Shown here in pieces: positions 59,466 through 64,000 of a DNA stretch of 64,000 nt (its first letter is position 1; each line of letters starts with the position of its first letter). The notes beneath the pieces were generated by a model. It worked only from the letters and a program-made list of their open reading frames with translations. It was not told the DNA's origin and made no database searches. The position numbers and the translations under genes were made by a program. This DNA comes from Protoeuglena noctilucae (taxonomy: Eukaryota), in the NCBI GenBank assembly GCA_958009085.1, contig OY253673.1, positions 310,001-374,000 of the forward strand. Reading direction: 5' to 3'.

Positions 59466-61812
59466 ATGGCTCGGGTGGTGGGGGGAGGCGCCCTCCAGAT
59501 AGCTGGAGAGCGGCAGCATGGCATGGATGTGCGTACCCAGAACGTGACGGCCGTTACGAGCATCGCAAACATCATCAAGACCTCGCTGGGGCCTGTGGGT
59601 CTGGACAAGGTGCGGCTCGCCCCATGCGCCTTCCCCGGCTACTAATCACGCGATCCCTCACCTGCTGACCGGAACTCCGCATCGAGATCGAGGCTCCAGC
59701 GGGCCCTGGTGCTGCTCTCTTTTTTGGCTGCCAACGCCGCGGGTCCCCGTCCAACCGGGCTGTGCGAGCGTCCTCAGCTCCGTTGCATTGCATATTTCAC
59801 GACAACGATGTCTGGGCATTCAATGGACGGCCCCAGTCTCCGAGTTATTCTCGTCGGGCCGGCGTGCCGGCCACTGGGCGCGCGCCAGGACATCTCGCGA
59901 TGCTCTGCCGCATCCTTTGCGTCTTTCATGCCGGCCTCGCCGCTCGACTCGTGCCGTAGTCATCATCTCGCGGCGCGGGACGGGCTTTTCGATGTCCCGA
60001 GAAAGGCCGCTGGTCTGGGAGAGCTGCAGCCCGGGTTCGGCCGAGGCGATGCTGGCGAGGTAGATTGACATTCAGGGGACAAGTTGGTGACCGCGATCTC
60101 CCTCTCGGGCCCCGCCCCCAGATGCTGGTGGACGACATTGGGGACGTGACCATTACGAACGACGGGGCCACCATCCTGTCGCTTTTGGAAGTCCAGCACC
60201 CCGCGGCCAAGATTCTCGTGGAGCTGGCCGAGCAGCAGGACAAGACGGTGGGCGACGGCACCACGTCGGTGGTGATCATCGCCGCGGAGCTGCTCAAGAA
60301 GGGCAACGACCTCGTGAGGCAGAAGATCCACCCGACGTCCATCATCGCTGGCTACCGTATGGCCGTCAGGTGCGGCTGGTTGGGCAGCGGGGCCGACCGC
60401 CGGGCTCTGCGCGCGCTGTATCTGACTTTGCGTATTGCGCCCGTTGCCCTTGCAGGGAGGCCGTCAAGTACCTCCAGACGGAGCTCGCGATCCCCGTGAG
60501 CTCGCTGGGCAAGGAGACGCTGGTCAACTGCGCCAAGACGTCCATGTCGTCGAAGATCGTGGGCACGGACGCCGACTACTTCGCCAAGATGGTGGTTGAT
60601 GCCATCACGTCGGTGCGCCGGGAGGACCCCTTCACGCAGGAGGTGACCTACCCGGTCAAGGCCGTCAACATCCTCAAGGCGCACGGGCGCTCCGCGAAGG
60701 AGTCGCAGCTCCTGGCCGGGTACGCCCTCAACATGGGCCGCGCCGCCCAGGGCATGCCGCGGGTGGTGCGCGACGCCCGCATCGCCTGCCTCGACATGGA
60801 CCTGCGCAAGGCCAAGATGCAGCTGGGGGTGCAGGCGAGTGGGGCTGGAGTGCGCGGCTGCCTGCAGGCCCGGGGGTCGGCGCGGCAGGTGATGATCGGA
60901 TTGTGTATGGCGCCTTTCGCTACGCAGGTGGTCGTGACGGACCCGAAGGAGCTGGAGGCGATCCGGGAGCGCGAGGCGGACATCACGAAGGAGCGCATCA
61001 TGAAGGTTTTGGACGCTGGCGCCAACGTGGTGCTGACGACCAAAGGCATTGACGACATGTCGCTCAAGTACTTTGTGGAGCGTGGGGCGCTGGCGTGCCG
61101 GCGCGTGAGCAAGGAGGACATGAAGCGCATCGCGCAGGCGACGGGGGCGTCGGTGGTCTCTTCCCTGGCGGACATGGAGGGCAACGAGACGTTCGACGCC
61201 TCGGCCCTGGGGCGGGCCCAGGAGGTGGCGGAGGAGCGGGTGGCGGACGACGACATGGTGATGATCAAGGGGTGCCGCGAGGCGCACGCCGTGACGCTGC
61301 TCCTCCGCGGCGCCAACGACTACATGCTCGACGAGATGGACCGCTCCCTGCACGATGCCCTGTGCGCCGTCAAGCGCGTCCTCGAGTCCGGGACGGTCGT
61401 ACCGGGCGGGGGCGCGGTCGAGGCGGCGCTGTCCATCTACCTGGAGAACCTCGCGACCACCCTGGGGTCGCGCGAGCAGCTCGCCATCGCCGAGTTCTCG
61501 GACGCGCTGCTCGTCATCCCCAAGACGCTCAGCGTGAACGCCGCCAAGGACGCCACGGACCTGGTGGCGCGCCTGCGGGCGTACCACTACACGGCGCAGG
61601 TCAAGGACGACAAGCGGCGCAAGCCGCAGCTGTCGGCGTGCGGGCTGGACCTGGTAAAGGGCGAGATCCGCGACAACTTCAAGGCGGGGGTGCTCGAGCC
61701 CGCCGTCTCCAAGATCAACATGCTGCGGTTCGCCACCGAGGCGGCCATCACGGTCCTGCGCATCGACGACCTCATCAAGCTCGACAAGCCCAAGGGCGAG
61801 GACGACATGTAA
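59466..61812 (+). CDS. CCT1: T-complex protein 1 subunit alpha (CCT1), 4 exons
   Basis: [108 protein letters not shown]. Confidence 0.98.
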
Positions 61813-61976
61813 TGTAGTGGGCGCGCGGCGATGCGACGTGGTTTCTTGAAAGCTCTCGAAAGAAGACAAGGCGCTAGCAGGAACCATGGGCGTGCGCACG
61901 TTCGCTAAGCCGGCCGTCTCCGCCCTGTCACAGCGGCCGTGCCACAACGCCGTTTGTCATCCCATCGCGACCCTCT

Positions 61977-63164
61977 CTAGAGCCCCGAGTAGGACCCCTT
62001 CTTGAGCTTGTTCTCCACGACGACCTTGAGCACGTCGTCCTCGGGCACGAACACCGTGTCGATGATGCCGTACTCCTTGGCCTCGTAGGGCGAGAAGTAA
62101 CGGGCGCGCGCGATGTCCTGGCGGATCTGCTCCTCGGTGTGGTTGGTGTGCTTGGCCAGGAGCTCCACGATGTCGCCGGTGATGCGGCGCATCTCCATGC
62201 GGTAGATGTCCAGGTCCGAAGCCTGCATCCCACCCTGCCGCACGAACCGGTTCATCGGCTCCCGGATCATGATGGACGCCGACGGCAGCGACGCGCGGTG
62301 GCCCCGCTCCCCGGCGGCCAGCAGCATCGCCGCCTCGCCCCATGCGTTCCTGCGGGGACGCGCAGCCGGGTCAGGGATCTCGCTACGCGCGGCCAGGGTG
62401 CGACGCGCGTCTGCGCCGGCGGCACGGCACTCACCCCACAGCGCACGTGTGGACCGGGGGCTTGATGAACTTCATGCAGTCGTAGATTGCGAAGGCCTCC
62501 GCCTCGTAGCCGAGGCTCGGGCCGCCCTTGGTCACCCCCGTCGAGTTGATGTACAGATAGACGGGCTTGGTCGGGTTGTCGTATTGCAGGTACAGCAGCT
62601 CGGCCATCATGAGCTCCGTGACTGCGCGGGGGACGCAGAGAGACTGTATTAGGATGCATGTGCGCGGTGGGGCGTCGGATGGTCGGCCGCTCGCGGGCCG
62701 CTTGCCTGACGGCACCAAGGACATGCCCAGGTACACGATCCTCTCCTTAAACAGGTACGATGGGAGGTCCGGGGGGATCTGATCCGTCGCGTCGCCGCTA
62801 AGCATGGGAATGACCTGCGGCGCGGAGGACGGGGACACGCGCACGTTCGGCGGGGCCCGCCAAGCCCCCGCATTGGCCACCCACGGCTCCCGGCGTCTGG
62901 GCGACAGCCGTCGCGATTCGCGAGCGTGCATCGCGCGCAACGCCATCCAATCTAGGCATCCAGCTCGCTCCTTGCCCAGTTCGCGCGGGAGCGGCGCCTC
63001 AGGCTGCGAGCACTCACGCACTGAACGAGTAGGCCCCCGGAAGCCCGCGGGCATGCTCCCCGGCAGGGCTTGGCAGGCGCGATGAGCTGCCTGCGTCTCC
63101 CAGACAGACTGAGCGTCGCCTTCGACGACAGCGCGCCCCCGTGCGCAGCGAGCAGGCCCGCCAT
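61977..63164 (-). CDS. CLPR4: Plastid Clp protease non-catalytic subunit ClpR4-like with transit peptide
   Basis: PPDLPSYLFKERIVYLGMSLVPSVTEL, LYLQY..P.KPVYLYINSTG, EAFAIYD, GNAWGEAAMLL (catalytic Ser absent), YFSPYEAKEYGIID. The N-terminus is S/R/A-rich. Confidence 0.93.
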
Positions 63165-63574
63165 ACTGCCACGCTGCCCCTATCCTGCCCAGCCGACGAG
63201 CTGCCGACAGCCAGGCGGCCAGATCCAGGTCAAGCAGCGAAGTGTTGGCGGATAAGAGCCGCGCAAGCTCGCACAACGCCGCGAGAGCCACCACAAAGCC
63301 CGTGGATAAACCAATGAGGGCGAGGCTTGGTGCGATGCAGGAGTGACCAATATCTGCATCGGCGGTCTGCCCGACGACTCCTCTCGCTGCTCCCGCCTGC
63401 CCGCCACCGATGTTGCACCGTCAGAGCAGTGCTGGGACGGAGACGAGTGCTTTGGAAAGGCTGTGGACGATGTTTATGAACAGGAGATTGGCCTGACCGA
63501 ACTGCGACTCTCGCTCAAGGCCGGTGGAGGCGTCTGGAAGGGCGAGCGCCTCAGCGTCTGTTTTCGCTGGGAAG

Positions 63575-64000
63575 ATGGCTGGGAGGAAGAGGAAAGCGCC
63601 CGAGCCTTCCGAGGGCCGTCCGTTGAAGCGGAAGGCCGATGTGGTGGAGGAACCGGCTGCGGAGGCGGTGCATCACCCCTCGCACGGCAAGGTGGGCGAG
63701 GCGAACCGGGCAGCGCTTTCAGGCGATGTCGGCCGTCGCCTGCCCGATGTTATATCCAGACTGTTTGCGCTCGGCCGGTGCACCGCGGCGACTGCCGCGC
63801 GACTCGAGGCCGATGGCGCGCCACCCCTGCAGGTGGCCGGGAGGGTCTTCGTGTGGGGCGACGGGGACTGCGGCCAGCTGGGGCTGGGAGAGGACGTTAC
63901 GGACCGCCTGCGACCCTGGCCCGTCGATCTGGGCGTCGAGGTTCTGCAGGTAGCCTGCGGCGGGATGCACACGGTGGCGCTCGACGCCGAGGGGGCCGTG
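63575..64000 (+). CDS. RCC1: Regulator of chromosome condensation RCC1 (RanGEF-like), 3'-partial
   Basis: Basic NLS-like MAGRKRKAPE...KRK; after the intron, VFVWGDGDCGQLGLGEDVTDRLRP...VLQVACGGMHTVALD. Confidence 0.85.
   Translation, partial: MAGRKRKAPEPSEGRPLKRKADVVEEPAAEAVHHPSHGKVGEANRAALSGDVGRRLPDVISRLFALGRCTAATAARLEADGAPPLQVAGRVFVWGDGDCGQLGLGEDVTDRLRPWPVDLGVEVLQVACGGMHTVALDAEGAV

Noticed and set aside
60352..61947. Long antisense/alternative-frame ORFs (e.g. 531 aa opposite CCT1, 17337-18314, 20700-22361)
   Set aside because: These are shadow ORFs expected from high GC3 codon bias, with no recognisable domains.
1..64000. Non-standard genetic code (TAG or TGA reassignment) to explain the in-frame stops at 22210 and 47856
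   Set aside because: Conserved genes end with TAA (histones, CCT1), TGA (MPP, PLPBP) and TAG (ClpR4), and long conserved exons contain no in-frame stops.
19286..64000. Functional chromatin gene cluster (histones, RAD54, ubinuclein, RCC1)
   Set aside because: Interspersed with unrelated housekeeping genes and compatible with chance.

Overview
This is GC-rich, intron-dense eukaryotic nuclear DNA, most likely from a green alga. That inference rests on a nuclear plastid ClpR4 with a transit peptide, intronless histone genes with 3' stem-loops, and a TGTAA poly(A) signal. About 18 spliced or intronless genes lie in almost strictly alternating orientation: a MATH-domain protein (partial), a low-complexity hypothetical, a giant CID-domain protein, MPP-beta, H2B/H2A, QSOX, RAD54, NHX, a second H2B/H2A pair, a USP9/24/34-type deubiquitinase, a hypothetical, leishmanolysin, PLPBP/YggS, ubinuclein, CCT-alpha, ClpR4 and RCC1 (partial). 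The most notable observations are: (1) a 108-bp foldback element with a 9-bp target-site-duplication-like flank inside an exon, carrying an in-frame TGA but removable in frame as a GT-AG intron (introner-like); (2) at least nine GC-AG introns; (3) metazoan-style histone stem-loops with a shared downstream element; (4) a 1.84-kb histone-pair duplication that captured the QSOX 3' end and carries an H2B R-to-S change; (5) a G_GGT_TTT -1 frame junction in the CID gene; (6) unusual domain fusions (ubinuclein+HARE-HTH, hemi-CXXC+RAD54). Gene models were traced by eye. Exon boundaries in low-complexity regions are uncertain and no database searches were run.
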